This document shows positions 16,272 to 26,541 of a stretch of 61,495 nt of DNA, one piece after another (within the stretch, counting starts at the first letter, position 1; every line of letters starts with the position of its first letter). Both the position numbers and the translations under genes were made by a program. Under the pieces are notes generated by a model. It saw only the letters and a program-made list of their open reading frames with translations, was not told the DNA's origin and did no database searches. Origin of the DNA: a virus (Duplodnaviria; Caudoviricetes); the IMG/VR virus record IMGVR_UViG_3300023196_001512, positions 1 to 61,495 of that record; one strand, 5' to 3'.

Positions 16272-17840
16272 ATGGAGTACAATCTACCAAGCGAGATTGT
16301 CAAAGAATTAAACTTTGGCGATAACGCAAAATCAAGAATAACTGCCGGTGTAGACAAGCTTGCCAAAGCTGTCAAGTCTACATTAGGCGCCTCTGGCAAA
16401 TGTGTCATATATGAAGACGCTAGAGGCAACCCGGTCATAACAAAAGATGGTGTAACCGTTGCGGAAAGCGTAGTCTTATTTGACCCGGTTGAAAACATGG
16501 GTGCTACTTTAATCAAAGAAGCAGCCAGAAATACAGTTCGCGAAGCCGGTGATGGCACTACTACAGCGACTGTTCTAGCAGAAGCACTACTAAAAACAGT
16601 AAATTTAGATGAATACAGCGATTGTCAGCTAAGAGAAATCAAAGATGGCATAGCAAGTGGCTTGAAAAAGGTTAACGACTACTTAAATAGCGTTAAAATT
16701 GACGTTACTGACGATAAGTTAGAGCAAGTAGCTACTATTTCATGCAATAATGACGCTGTTTTAGGTAAAATCATTGCAGAAGCGTATAAAAGCGTAGGAA
16801 AAGACGGTGTAGTACTGATGGAGACGTCAGAAACTGAAGAAACCTACGTAGAAGTAGTAGATGGCGTGCAGTTTGACTCACCTTTAACATCTCCTCACTT
16901 CACTACTAACGCAGAAAAGCAAAAAGCAGAGCTAGATACGCCGTTAATATTAATATGCATGTCTGAAATACCTAACGTACGAAAAATACAAGGCATATTA
17001 GAACATGTTATTAAGCAAAACAGATCTTTACTTATAGTAGCACCAGTGTCACAGCAAGTAAAGTCGGCACTTTTAATGAACAAGGTAAAAGGTAACATTA
17101 AAGTTAACATTATCGACTTACCTGGCTTTGGTCCTACTAAAAAAGACTCATGTGAAGACTTAGCAGCTTTAACAGGCGCTACGGTCATAAATGAAGAGTT
17201 AGGAGATGATTTAGACGGTATAAGCTTAGATATACTAGGAGAAGCTGAATATGCTTCTACAGACAGTAGTAACACAGTAATAACAACATTAGAAGAAGTA
17301 GACGTTGAAGATAGGATTGATCAAGTCGCAAAACTCATTGCAGACGAAAAAAGTGGTTTCCTTAAAAAGAAGCTGGAAGAAAGACTGTCTATGTTATCGG
17401 GTTCAGTTGGTATCATCAAAGTGGGCGCTGACTCTAAAGTCGAGCTCAAGGAAAAGAAGGATAGGGTTGAAGACGCGATATACGCAACTAAAGCAGCGTT
17501 GAAAGAAGGTATAGTACCAGGAGGTGGCGTAGCACTCTTTAACGCTTCCAAAAAAATCGAACCCACTAACGTGGGCGAAGAGATACTTCTAACATCAATA
17601 TTAGCGCCTATAGCGACTATATTAGATAATGCTGGTATATCAACTAGCATTAACCTACCAGAAGAAGAAGGTAAAGGTATTAACGTAGTTAACGGTGAGC
17701 ATGTAGATATGGTAGAAGAAGGTATCATTGATCCTGTACTAGTTACTAAGACAGCTCTTAAAAACGCTGTATCTGTTGTAACTACTATTATATCCGCTGA
17801 CTGTGTAATTTCAAACATACGAGTAAATGAAGGCAGTTAA
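16272..17840 (+). CDS. groEL: Phage chaperonin GroEL
   Basis: AVKSTLG, ITKDGVTVA, AGDGTTTATVLA, EGIVPGGG, GIIDP; no GGM tail. Confidence 0.96.
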   Translation: MEYNLPSEIVKELNFGDNAKSRITAGVDKLAKAVKSTLGASGKCVIYEDARGNPVITKDGVTVAESVVLFDPVENMGATLIKEAARNTVREAGDGTTTATVLAEALLKTVNLDEYSDCQLREIKDGIASGLKKVNDYLNSVKIDVTDDKLEQVATISCNNDAVLGKIIAEAYKSVGKDGVVLMETSETEETYVEVVDGVQFDSPLTSPHFTTNAEKQKAELDTPLILICMSEIPNVRKIQGILEHVIKQNRSLLIVAPVSQQVKSALLMNKVKGNIKVNIIDLPGFGPTKKDSCEDLAALTGATVINEELGDDLDGISLDILGEAEYASTDSSNTVITTLEEVDVEDRIDQVAKLIADEKSGFLKKKLEERLSMLSGSVGIIKVGADSKVELKEKKDRVEDAIYATKAALKEGIVPGGGVALFNASKKIEPTNVGEEILLTSILAPIATILDNAGISTSINLPEEEGKGINVVNGEHVDMVEEGIIDPVLVTKTALKNAVSVVTTIISADCVISNIRVNEGS

Positions 17841-18084
17841 TCATTATTTAGTAATTGAGCCTATCAAACAAGAGCTTAAAAAGGTTGGTGGATTAATCCT
17901 TACTGACGAGGTTAACGAGGATAATAGATATTTAAAAGCAAAAGTCATATCAACTGGTAACCTTGTAGAAGGTATTAACGAAGGTGATGTGGTTTATTAC
18001 GATAAACACGCTGGACATGGTATTCAGCATAAAGATAATTTTTACGGCGTTATTAAACAACAAGACGTCGTATTAATTGATTAA
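17827..18084 (+). CDS. groES: Co-chaperonin GroES
   Basis: GGLIL mobile loop, AKVISTG, EGDVV; adjacent to groEL. Confidence 0.9.
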   Translation: MKAVNHYLVIEPIKQELKKVGGLILTDEVNEDNRYLKAKVISTGNLVEGINEGDVVYYDKHAGHGIQHKDNFYGVIKQQDVVLID

Positions 18085-18159
18085 ACCCAAACCACAATCC
18101 AAAACCCTAAAACTTAAGACGACAAACAAATTAATTATTAATCATTAAAAATTTTAAAA

Positions 18160-18513
18160 ATGAAAAAATTTTTGTACTTTGCATCAGGAGCTATTGATGG
18201 CACAACTTCTACTGAAGAAGTAGCTTGTTTTCCTGCTGACAAATTATCTCACTTTGAGATGAGCACCACGGGCGATCTTAGAATTTTCTTTGCATCAAAC
18301 CAAGAAAACAACAAAGATGTTGACAACGCAGTTGTTGCGCTTGACATTACTGTTGGTAAGCACAAGGAAGTTATAGAAGCTATAACTGGAGCTATTGCTA
18401 GCGCTAGCGCTATTAACGTTCCTATGATTACTGTAGCTGATAGCGTAAACTCTAAGTTCTTACACGCAAACATTACAGCTTGTGCATCTATTTCAGTAGT
18501 TGACGCAGCGTAA
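18160..18513 (+). CDS. Hypothetical protein, possibly structural
   Basis: Strong A-rich start; 117 aa. Confidence 0.75.
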   Translation: MKKFLYFASGAIDGTTSTEEVACFPADKLSHFEMSTTGDLRIFFASNQENNKDVDNAVVALDITVGKHKEVIEAITGAIASASAINVPMITVADSVNSKFLHANITACASISVVDAA

Positions 18514-18516
18514 TAA

Positions 18517-18957
18517 ATGCGATTAACTAGTCACGATTTACGTGAATTACAAATCCTAAAGTATTACAGGCTCACTAGAAAGTGGGTCTGTAAGACTTAC
18601 GGGTTAACAGATGCCGAACTTGAATTGCTAATATACTTAGACTGCAAGAAACGGTTTACAAGACAAGAATTTATCGATGGTACTTATACCATGAGCTGGG
18701 ACAAGAAGCGTTGGGATAAACTAAGAAAAGAAGGCTGGATAGAAGTATGGCGACACAGAAACAGAACTACAATAAAGTACTCTGTGTTTAAAACATCATT
18801 TAAATGCGGCCAAATAATAAGCAGGATATATAGAATACTACTAGGCGAAGAAGATATGCCTACATCAGAGAGAAGCGTATTCTATAATAACAAATCATAT
18901 ACAGATAAAGTTTATAACAAAGCTATAGATGATATGATAAAAGACAAAGACAGGTAA
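18517..18957 (+). CDS. Winged-helix (MarR-like) protein
   Basis: YGLTDAELELLIYL...LRKEGWI. Confidence 0.6.
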   Translation: MRLTSHDLRELQILKYYRLTRKWVCKTYGLTDAELELLIYLDCKKRFTRQEFIDGTYTMSWDKKRWDKLRKEGWIEVWRHRNRTTIKYSVFKTSFKCGQIISRIYRILLGEEDMPTSERSVFYNNKSYTDKVYNKAIDDMIKDKDR

Positions 18958-19391
18958 TGAGTTTTAAACTAGGTAAAGGTAGAACACCAATAGCAGTGAA
19001 TGGACAAATTTCTAAGAAGATGAAGTTTGGTCAAGAAGCTGGAGATGCAGACGCATCTGTACCTGGAACACCTGTTATAAGAAAAGATTTAGAACCTGGA
19101 GTTATGGGTGAGGCTAACATGGATGGTAGCATTTACATTAGCAATGACATAGAGCCTGGCAGTGAAGTAGAGAGACAAGTTATTAATCACGAGATGAGAC
19201 ACTCAACTGACATGCGTATAGGTAAATTAGCTTATGGCGATAACTTTGTACAATGGAACGGTAACACATACCCAAGGATGGACATCAACGGTAAAGATAT
19301 GATTATAATCGATGGTGTAGCTAAAGAAGCTGGTGACGGTGACTTTCCTTGGGAGAAAGAAGCAAATAACGGAAACGCATATGGTGGGTAA
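18957..19391 (+). CDS. Zincin-like metallopeptidase (HExxH)
   Basis: GEANMDGSIYI...VINHEMRH. Confidence 0.7.
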   Translation: MSFKLGKGRTPIAVNGQISKKMKFGQEAGDADASVPGTPVIRKDLEPGVMGEANMDGSIYISNDIEPGSEVERQVINHEMRHSTDMRIGKLAYGDNFVQWNGNTYPRMDINGKDMIIIDGVAKEAGDGDFPWEKEANNGNAYGG

Positions 19392-19803
19392 TATATTTGG
19401 AGGTATACTAGGTAAAGTAGTTGAAAACGCTGAGGGTATACTAGATAAGGTAATAACTACAGACAAAGAAAGAGACGCAGCAAAGCTAGCAATAAAGAAG
19501 CTAATGCTTGAAGCAGAGAAAGAAGCTTTTGCAAAAGAAGTTGAAGATCGCAAATCTGCACGTGATCTTTATAAAGACGATGCTATTATACAAAAAGTAT
19601 TAGCAACGTTGTTTACAGTAGCATACTTTGGCATTACATTTGTAATGTTTAACTACTTTGTTACAAAAGCTATAGATTTAGGTGAATTTGAAATTAGCTT
19701 TATATCAACTATATTTGGTGCTATGAGTGCTAAAGTAAATACAATAATAGACTTCTTCTTCGGTGGAAGCTCAAAGAAAAACGAACAAATAAACAATAAA
19801 TAA
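19381..19803 (+). CDS. Putative holin
   Basis: Start reassigned to MVGNIFGG; amphipathic N-terminus, DRKSAR, two hydrophobic helices, FFFGGS. Confidence 0.7.
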   Translation: MVGNIFGGILGKVVENAEGILDKVITTDKERDAAKLAIKKLMLEAEKEAFAKEVEDRKSARDLYKDDAIIQKVLATLFTVAYFGITFVMFNYFVTKAIDLGEFEISFISTIFGAMSAKVNTIIDFFFGGSSKKNEQINNK

Positions 19804-19807
19804 AGTT

Positions 19808-20539
19808 ATGAGAAATTTTACAATAGAAAAGCAGTTAACTATAGCAGCTTCAAAACAACACGCTGCATTTTCTACCGGCGATCTTATGGTTGATTGGACA
19901 GCTTTGCAGATACCAAAAGGCGCTTGTAAACTAATAAGCGCGACAGCATTAGTTAGGCCAAAAGGAGATGCTGGCCCAACAATTAACAATATTGGTTTTA
20001 CTCTATTGTTTTCAAAAACAAATACAGTTTCTTTAGGTACTGTAAACGCGGCAGGTACTAATAGACCTAGTAATGATATTATTGGAGTAATATCTTTTGA
20101 CACACTTAGCTACGGTCCAACATCACTAATAAGTACTGCTGTAGCTGCAATAGGTAATGACATTTCTAATCCAACTCCACCGTTAGTTCTTCAAGGCGAT
20201 CCAACTACAGGTGACAACGTGGGTTTTGACGAAATATATGTAGCTATGCTTGCAGAAGGTAGTTTTGATTTTTCAAGTATTAACGCTGTTAATGAGGCTG
20301 GTTTTGGCGCGGGCACTCAAACAGTTATTACAATGGACGGTACTGGCATGGACATACGTGAGCATTTTGCGATTGGTGATGTTTTGCATGCGCAAGACGA
20401 TGCTGTTTTAGGTACTGTTGCTAGCGTAGACAGTGCTACTCAACTAACATTAACTGCAGCTAATACAGGCGCTATAGCAGAAGATGATATTATCTACAAC
20501 ATAAATCCTGTTAAAATTATACTAGGATTTGAAAAATAA
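19808..20539 (+). CDS. Hypothetical, likely structural beta-rich protein
   Basis: T/A/G/D-rich composition, LGTVASVDSATQLTL. Confidence 0.7.
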   Translation: MRNFTIEKQLTIAASKQHAAFSTGDLMVDWTALQIPKGACKLISATALVRPKGDAGPTINNIGFTLLFSKTNTVSLGTVNAAGTNRPSNDIIGVISFDTLSYGPTSLISTAVAAIGNDISNPTPPLVLQGDPTTGDNVGFDEIYVAMLAEGSFDFSSINAVNEAGFGAGTQTVITMDGTGMDIREHFAIGDVLHAQDDAVLGTVASVDSATQLTLTAANTGAIAEDDIIYNINPVKIILGFEK

Positions 20540-20571
20540 AAAACAACAATTAACTTAAATTAAATTAAATT

Positions 20572-20871
20572 ATGGCAAAAGTGAAAACTCCTAAGAAGGA
20601 GAAAATGGTAGACCTTAAACCTAAGGCAGAAAAAATTACAGACGAACAATTACAAAAAGTTCAAACAATAGTTAACACTTTAAATAGAGTTCAACTAGAG
20701 CTTGGTATGCTAGAAACTAAAAAGCACGGCATGCTTCATAATATTCAAGCTGTACAAGATCAACTAACTTTACTACAATCAGAGTTTGAAAAAGAATATG
20801 GCACTGTAAATATTAATATTCAAACTGGAGAAATAGACTACACAGATGGCAAAGCTGATAAGAAAGATTAG
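20572..20871 (+). CDS. Coiled-coil hypothetical protein
   Basis: Heptad pattern, EKEYG.VNIN..TGE. Confidence 0.7.
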   Translation: MAKVKTPKKEKMVDLKPKAEKITDEQLQKVQTIVNTLNRVQLELGMLETKKHGMLHNIQAVQDQLTLLQSEFEKEYGTVNINIQTGEIDYTDGKADKKD

Positions 20872-21067
20872 TATAGGTAAAGACTATAAGAACGAAGCTA
20901 TGCACTATGCTGTTGGACAAGAAGTTTACGGTGGTCATACTATTTGTGATATTATAGAAGAAGAAGATAAATTCTCTGTATATATTAGAAAAAACAAAGA
21001 CGTATTACCTTGGAAAGACTTTAATAAGAATATGGCTGTTTCAGTTGAATACAACTTAGAGTATTAG
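20846..21067 (+). CDS. Conserved hypothetical protein
   Basis: IRKISIG.DYK.AMHY.VGQ; tiles in operon. Confidence 0.7.
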   Translation: MAKLIRKISIGKDYKNEAMHYAVGQEVYGGHTICDIIEEEDKFSVYIRKNKDVLPWKDFNKNMAVSVEYNLEY

Positions 21068-21648
21068 TGAAAGCTACGCATAGTTTTGTAATTGAGCCTT
21101 TAGGTAATAGATACAACAACGTAAAAAAAGTTGGCGATTCAGATTTAATATTAAATTCTGAAATATTTAACCATGAGTTTGTCAATAGACAAGCCGTGGT
21201 TAAAGCTACGCCTACAGCTTTTGATACAAATATAAGAGTTGGTGATACCGTCATTGTACATCATAACGTCTTTAGAAGATGGCATGATACGTATGGTAAT
21301 GAAAAAAACAGTAAAGCTTTTTTTGATGAAGACACTTATATAGTTAGTCAAGATCAAATATTTCTTTATAAGTCAAAAGACAAGTGGAAAGCTTGTAGTG
21401 GCTATTGTTTTGTTCAACCTATAAAGCAAAGAAATAATCTTGCTGAAGAACTCGAAGAGCAGTGCGTAGGTATTGTCAAGTATACTGACGGTGTAAATAA
21501 TATTGGCGAGCTAGTTGGCTTTACACCTTTTTCAACGTACGAGTTTATAATAGATAATACTAAGCTATACCGCGTTTTAAATAAATTTATTACAATTAAA
21601 TATGAGTATCAAGGAGACGAAGAAGCGTATAATCCTAGCTGGGCGTAA
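21067..21648 (+). CDS. GroES-like protein, probably two tandem GroES-fold domains
   Basis: FVIEP..AVVKATP..IRVGDTVIVH then CFVQP..GIVKY..IGELVGF..YEFIID..LYRV; GTG start. Confidence 0.6.
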   Translation: MKATHSFVIEPLGNRYNNVKKVGDSDLILNSEIFNHEFVNRQAVVKATPTAFDTNIRVGDTVIVHHNVFRRWHDTYGNEKNSKAFFDEDTYIVSQDQIFLYKSKDKWKACSGYCFVQPIKQRNNLAEELEEQCVGIVKYTDGVNNIGELVGFTPFSTYEFIIDNTKLYRVLNKFITIKYEYQGDEEAYNPSWA

Positions 21649-21880
21649 AGCTGTTGATGAATTAATCAAAGTAGCTCAAGAGCAGATTATCACTAATACT
21701 GAAGACGATGTTTCTTCTGATAGATTAAAAAACGCTGCAGCTACTAAAAAGCTAGCTATATTCGACGCTTTTGAGATACTTAACCGTATACAAGAAGAAG
21801 AGAATATATTGGAAGGTAAAGAGCCTGAAGATAAAAAAGAAAAAGTATTTAAAGGATTTGCTGAAGGAAGATCTAAATGA
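21602..21880 (+). CDS. Putative terminase small subunit
   Basis: Small helical protein overlapping the large terminase start. Confidence 0.5.
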   Translation: MSIKETKKRIILAGRKAVDELIKVAQEQIITNTEDDVSSDRLKNAAATKKLAIFDAFEILNRIQEEENILEGKEPEDKKEKVFKGFAEGRSK

Positions 21881-24093
21881 TAAGAGAGCAAACACTATAT
21901 AAAATTGTTGAACCTATTAAGAAGACTACTATTAGTCGGCTTAATAAATCTAAAAAGTGGGATTATGGATATAATAAAGAGCATGATATTGTCGTTATAT
22001 CAAAAACTGGAAAAATTGGACAAGTGGTGGAGATTCAAGGTTTGCGAATTGGGTTGCCGTCTGAACCGAAATCAGTGCATGTGTCAGCTAAAAGAAAATG
22101 GCAAAGATTAGAATATCCTAAAGAATTAGGTAAATTAAAAAACATATTTGATTGGAGATCGTATCCAGAAGAATCGAAAGAGCAGTGGTATGATTATATA
22201 GACGAAGAATTTAAACGTCGTGATGAAGGCTTTTGGTTTATGAATAACAATGAGCCTACATACATAACAGGTAGTCATTACATGTATCTTCAATGGAGTA
22301 AAATAGATGTTGGTGCCCCTGACTTTAGGGAAGCTAACAGGTTGTTCTTTATATTTTGGGAAGCTTGTAAAGCAGACAAACGCTGCTACGGTATGTGCTA
22401 TTTAAAAAACAGACGTAGTGGTTTTTCTTTTATGAGTTCAGCTGAAACCGTTAACTTAGCTACTATATCGAGTGACTCTAGATATGGAATACTATCTAAA
22501 AGTGGTAGTGATGCTAAAAAAATGTTTACCGATAAGGTTGTACCAATATCTGTTAACTATCCGTTTTTCTTTAAACCGATACAAGACGGTATGGACAGAC
22601 CTAAAAGTGAACTTGCTTATAGGGTTCCTGCAAGTAAGTTTACGCGTAGAAAAATTACTGCGAACGAAAAGCAGGAAGAGCTGGTTGGACTTGATACTAC
22701 TATTGACTGGAAAAACACTGGAGACAACAGTTATGATGGTGAAAAGCTTAGCTTGTTAGTACACGATGAAAGCGGTAAGTGGGAGAGACCTGATAATATT
22801 CTAAACAACTGGCGAGTAACTAAAACTTGTTTAAGGCTAGGTGCTCGTATAGTTGGTAAATGCATGATGGGATCAACGAGTAATGCTCTTGATAAAGGTG
22901 GAGATAATTTTAAAAAACTATACAATGACTCAGATGTCACTTCTAGAAACCGCAATGGACAAACAAAGTCTGGTTTATATTCTTTGTTTATCCCAATGGA
23001 GTGGAACTATGAAGGATTTATTGACGAGTACGGACAACCTGTATTTGATAACCCAGATCATGATGTATACGGACCCGACGGTGAATTAATTGACTATGGG
23101 ATAGTTGATCATTGGAATAACGAAGCTGATGGCTTAAAAGGAGACCAAGATGGTTTAAATGAATTTTACCGTCAGTTTCCAAGAACAGAAGAGCACGCTT
23201 TTAGAGATGAAGCTAAAAATAGCATATTTAATTTAGTTAAGATATACGAGCAAATAGATTACAATGAAGGTATCGGTAACGACAGCGCTGTTACAACAGG
23301 TAATTTTCAATGGTTAAACGGTGTTAAAGACAGTAGCGTTATATTTTACCCTAATCCAAAAGGTAGATTTAAAATAAGCTGGGTGCCACCAAGTCATTTG
23401 CAAAATAAAATAATAATAAAAAATGGAGTTAAACATCCTGGTAACGAACACGTTGGAGCTTTTGGTTGTGACAGTTACGACATTAGTGGTACTGTTGGTG
23501 GCAAAGGTTCTAAAGGATCACTACATGGATTAACCAAGTTTTCAATGGAAGACGCTCCGCCAAACCATATGTTTTTAGAATATATAGCTAGACCACAAAC
23601 CGCAGAGATATTTTTTGAAGACGTACTGATGTCGTTAATTTTTTACGGCATGCCAATACTAGCAGAGAACAATAAACCTAGGTTGCTATATTATTTAAAG
23701 AGAAGAGGATATAGAGGTTTTAGCATGAATAGACCTGATAAAACTTGGAACAAGCTTTCTGTTGCTGAAAAAGAAATAGGTGGCATACCAAACTCTAGTG
23801 AAGATATAAAGCAAGCACACGCTGCCGCTATTGAAATGTACATACAAGAACATGTAGGCCATAAAGGTGATGGTGTGTATGGAAACATATACTTTAATGA
23901 AACGTTAAATGACTGGTCTAGATTTGATATAAATAAAAGAACAAAGTTTGATGCAACTATAAGCTCAGGTTTAGCTATAATGGCTTGCAACAGACACCTT
24001 TACACACCAACAGCAACAAGAATAAAACCAAAGTTAAATGTAAACGTATCAACGTACGATAATAAAGGATATACATCTACAATAATAAAATAA
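21877..24093 (+). CDS. terL: Terminase large subunit
   Basis: LKNRRSGFS Walker A variant, LLVHDESGKW Walker B, GCDSYD and D..ISSG nuclease motifs. Confidence 0.92.
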   Translation: MIREQTLYKIVEPIKKTTISRLNKSKKWDYGYNKEHDIVVISKTGKIGQVVEIQGLRIGLPSEPKSVHVSAKRKWQRLEYPKELGKLKNIFDWRSYPEESKEQWYDYIDEEFKRRDEGFWFMNNNEPTYITGSHYMYLQWSKIDVGAPDFREANRLFFIFWEACKADKRCYGMCYLKNRRSGFSFMSSAETVNLATISSDSRYGILSKSGSDAKKMFTDKVVPISVNYPFFFKPIQDGMDRPKSELAYRVPASKFTRRKITANEKQEELVGLDTTIDWKNTGDNSYDGEKLSLLVHDESGKWERPDNILNNWRVTKTCLRLGARIVGKCMMGSTSNALDKGGDNFKKLYNDSDVTSRNRNGQTKSGLYSLFIPMEWNYEGFIDEYGQPVFDNPDHDVYGPDGELIDYGIVDHWNNEADGLKGDQDGLNEFYRQFPRTEEHAFRDEAKNSIFNLVKIYEQIDYNEGIGNDSAVTTGNFQWLNGVKDSSVIFYPNPKGRFKISWVPPSHLQNKIIIKNGVKHPGNEHVGAFGCDSYDISGTVGGKGSKGSLHGLTKFSMEDAPPNHMFLEYIARPQTAEIFFEDVLMSLIFYGMPILAENNKPRLLYYLKRRGYRGFSMNRPDKTWNKLSVAEKEIGGIPNSSEDIKQAHAAAIEMYIQEHVGHKGDGVYGNIYFNETLNDWSRFDINKRTKFDATISSGLAIMACNRHLYTPTATRIKPKLNVNVSTYDNKGYTSTIIK

Positions 24094-24096
24094 AAT

Positions 24097-26520
24097 ATGG
24101 CAGAGTCTGTTATAAAAAGTTATTTTCCAAGTCAAGTAGTTAGTGATGCTGAGAAGCTAAGTTACGACTACGGATTAAAAGTTGCTAAAGCAATAGAAAC
24201 AGAGTGGTTTCATAACGATAGAAGTCACACTAGATATGACGCAAACTTTAATAATTTTCATAATTTAAGGTTGTACGCTAGAGGCGAGCAGTCTATACAA
24301 AAATATAAAGATGAGTTATCTATAAACGGTGACTTAAGCTACTTAAACTTAGACTGGAGCCCTGTTCCAATAATACCTAAGTTTGTAGACATAGTTGTTA
24401 ACGGTATTGCAGACAGAGCTTTTGATATAAAAGCATACTCACAAGATCCTTACGGCGTAGCAAAAAGAACTGAGTACATGGAAAGTGTACTTGGAGATAT
24501 GGCTACTAAAGAAATGAATGATTTTGCTGCTCAAGAGTTTGGTATAAATCTATATCAAAACGATCCTGATAAACTTCCTGAAACGCAAGAAGAGCTAGAG
24601 TTGCACATGCAACTAACTTACAAGCAAGCAGTAGAAATAGCAGAAGAGCAAGCTATCAATGTTTTACTAGATGGTAACAACTACGAGTTAATAAAAAGAC
24701 AATTATACTACGATCTAACAGTTTTAGGTATAGCTGCTGTTAAAAGTAATTTTACAACATCAGAAGGTGTTACTGTAGATTATGTTGATCCAGCAGACTT
24801 AGTTTATTCTTATACTGAGTCTCCATATTTTGATGACATATACTATGTTGGTGAGGTTAAAACTATACCTATTAATGAGCTTGTAAAGCAGTTTCCTCAC
24901 TTATCGCAAGAAGATTTAGAAGAAATACAACAATCAGGTTATCCACAAAGATCTAATTCTTATAATTCAGGACCAAGATATGAAGACATAGATCTTAACA
25001 AAGTTCAAGTTTTATATTTTAATTATAAGACGTACATGAACGAAGTGTACAAAGTAAAAGAAACAGGTAGCGGCGCAGACAAGCTTATAGAAAAAGATGA
25101 CAGCTTTAATCCACCTGAAGGTGTTGAAGGTAATTTCTCAAAATTAGAAAGAGCTATTGAAACATTGTATGAAGGTGCTTTAATCTTAGGCACAAACAAG
25201 CTACTTAAATGGGAGATGTCTGAAAACATGATGCGTCCTAAAAGCAACTTTACTAAAGTTAAAATGAACTATAGTATTGTAGCTCCAAGAATGTATAAAG
25301 GTAAAATTGAATCATTAGTAAAGCGTATTACAGGTTTTGCTGATATGATACAGCTAACGCACTTGAAGTTACAGCAAGTAATGTCACGCATGGTGCCTGA
25401 TGGTGTTTACTTAGATGCTGATGGCTTAGCTGAAGTAGATTTAGGTAATGGCACGAACTACAATCCGCAAGAAGCTTTAAACATGTTCTTCCAAACAGGT
25501 TCTGTTATCGGTAGATCTTTTACTTCAGAAGGTGATATGAACCCTGGTAAAGTACCTATTCAAGAAATAACATCCGGGTCTGGCGGCAATAAAATACAAG
25601 CGCTTATAGGTAATTATAACTACTATTTGCAAATGATACGTGACGTAACTGGGCTGAACGAAGCTCGTGACGGTAGTATGCCTGACGAAAGAGCTTTAGT
25701 AGGCGTTCAAAAATTAGCCGCAGCTAATAGTAATACCGCTACAAGACATATATTAAACTCTGGTTTATTTCTAACAGCAGAAGTATGTGAGTGCTTATCA
25801 TTAAGAATATCAGATATAATAGAATATTCACCTACTAAAGAAGCATTCATACAGAGTATAGGTGTGCACAATGTTGCTACACTACAAGAAATGTCAGAGC
25901 TACACTTGTATGACTTTGGAATATTCTTAGAGCTAGCACCGGATGACGAGCAAAAAGCAATACTTGAAAATAACATACAGCAAGCATTAGCACAGAAGAT
26001 AATAGATCTTGAAGATGCTATAGATCTTAGAGATATTAAGAATATTAAGTTAGCTAATCAATTGCTTAAAATACGTAGAGGTAAAAAGCTTAAGCGAGAT
26101 CAAATGATGCAGCAGCAAAATATACAAGCACAAGCTCAAGCTAATACACAAGCTCAAGAAGCACAAGCTCAACTTGAGATACAAAAGCAGCAAGCATTAA
26201 AACAGGCGGAAGCTCAGCTAGCTCAAATGCAAGCCCAGCTTGATGCTCAAAAGATGCAGGCTGATGCTGCGTTAAAAGCACAGTTAATGGAGCAAGAGTT
26301 CCAATATAATATGCAGCTAAGATCTATAGACTCTTCTAACTTAAAAGCTAGAGAAGACGCTAAAGAAAATAGAAAAGATGAGAGAACTAAAATACAAGCT
26401 TCACAACAAAGCGAGTTAATAGATCAACGTCAATCAGGCAAACCACCTAAAAACTTTGAATCTTCAGGTAATGATATACTTGGAGGTGGATTTGATTTAG
26501 GTGCTTTTGAACCTAAATAA
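24097..26520 (+). CDS. Portal protein
   Basis: Follows terL; P.IIPKFVDIVVNG, TGLNEARDG, Q-rich C-terminal barrel. Confidence 0.88.
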   Translation: MAESVIKSYFPSQVVSDAEKLSYDYGLKVAKAIETEWFHNDRSHTRYDANFNNFHNLRLYARGEQSIQKYKDELSINGDLSYLNLDWSPVPIIPKFVDIVVNGIADRAFDIKAYSQDPYGVAKRTEYMESVLGDMATKEMNDFAAQEFGINLYQNDPDKLPETQEELELHMQLTYKQAVEIAEEQAINVLLDGNNYELIKRQLYYDLTVLGIAAVKSNFTTSEGVTVDYVDPADLVYSYTESPYFDDIYYVGEVKTIPINELVKQFPHLSQEDLEEIQQSGYPQRSNSYNSGPRYEDIDLNKVQVLYFNYKTYMNEVYKVKETGSGADKLIEKDDSFNPPEGVEGNFSKLERAIETLYEGALILGTNKLLKWEMSENMMRPKSNFTKVKMNYSIVAPRMYKGKIESLVKRITGFADMIQLTHLKLQQVMSRMVPDGVYLDADGLAEVDLGNGTNYNPQEALNMFFQTGSVIGRSFTSEGDMNPGKVPIQEITSGSGGNKIQALIGNYNYYLQMIRDVTGLNEARDGSMPDERALVGVQKLAAANSNTATRHILNSGLFLTAEVCECLSLRISDIIEYSPTKEAFIQSIGVHNVATLQEMSELHLYDFGIFLELAPDDEQKAILENNIQQALAQKIIDLEDAIDLRDIKNIKLANQLLKIRRGKKLKRDQMMQQQNIQAQAQANTQAQEAQAQLEIQKQQALKQAEAQLAQMQAQLDAQKMQADAALKAQLMEQEFQYNMQLRSIDSSNLKAREDAKENRKDERTKIQASQQSELIDQRQSGKPPKNFESSGNDILGGGFDLGAFEPK

Positions 26521-26541
26521 TTAATTATATAATATTTTATT

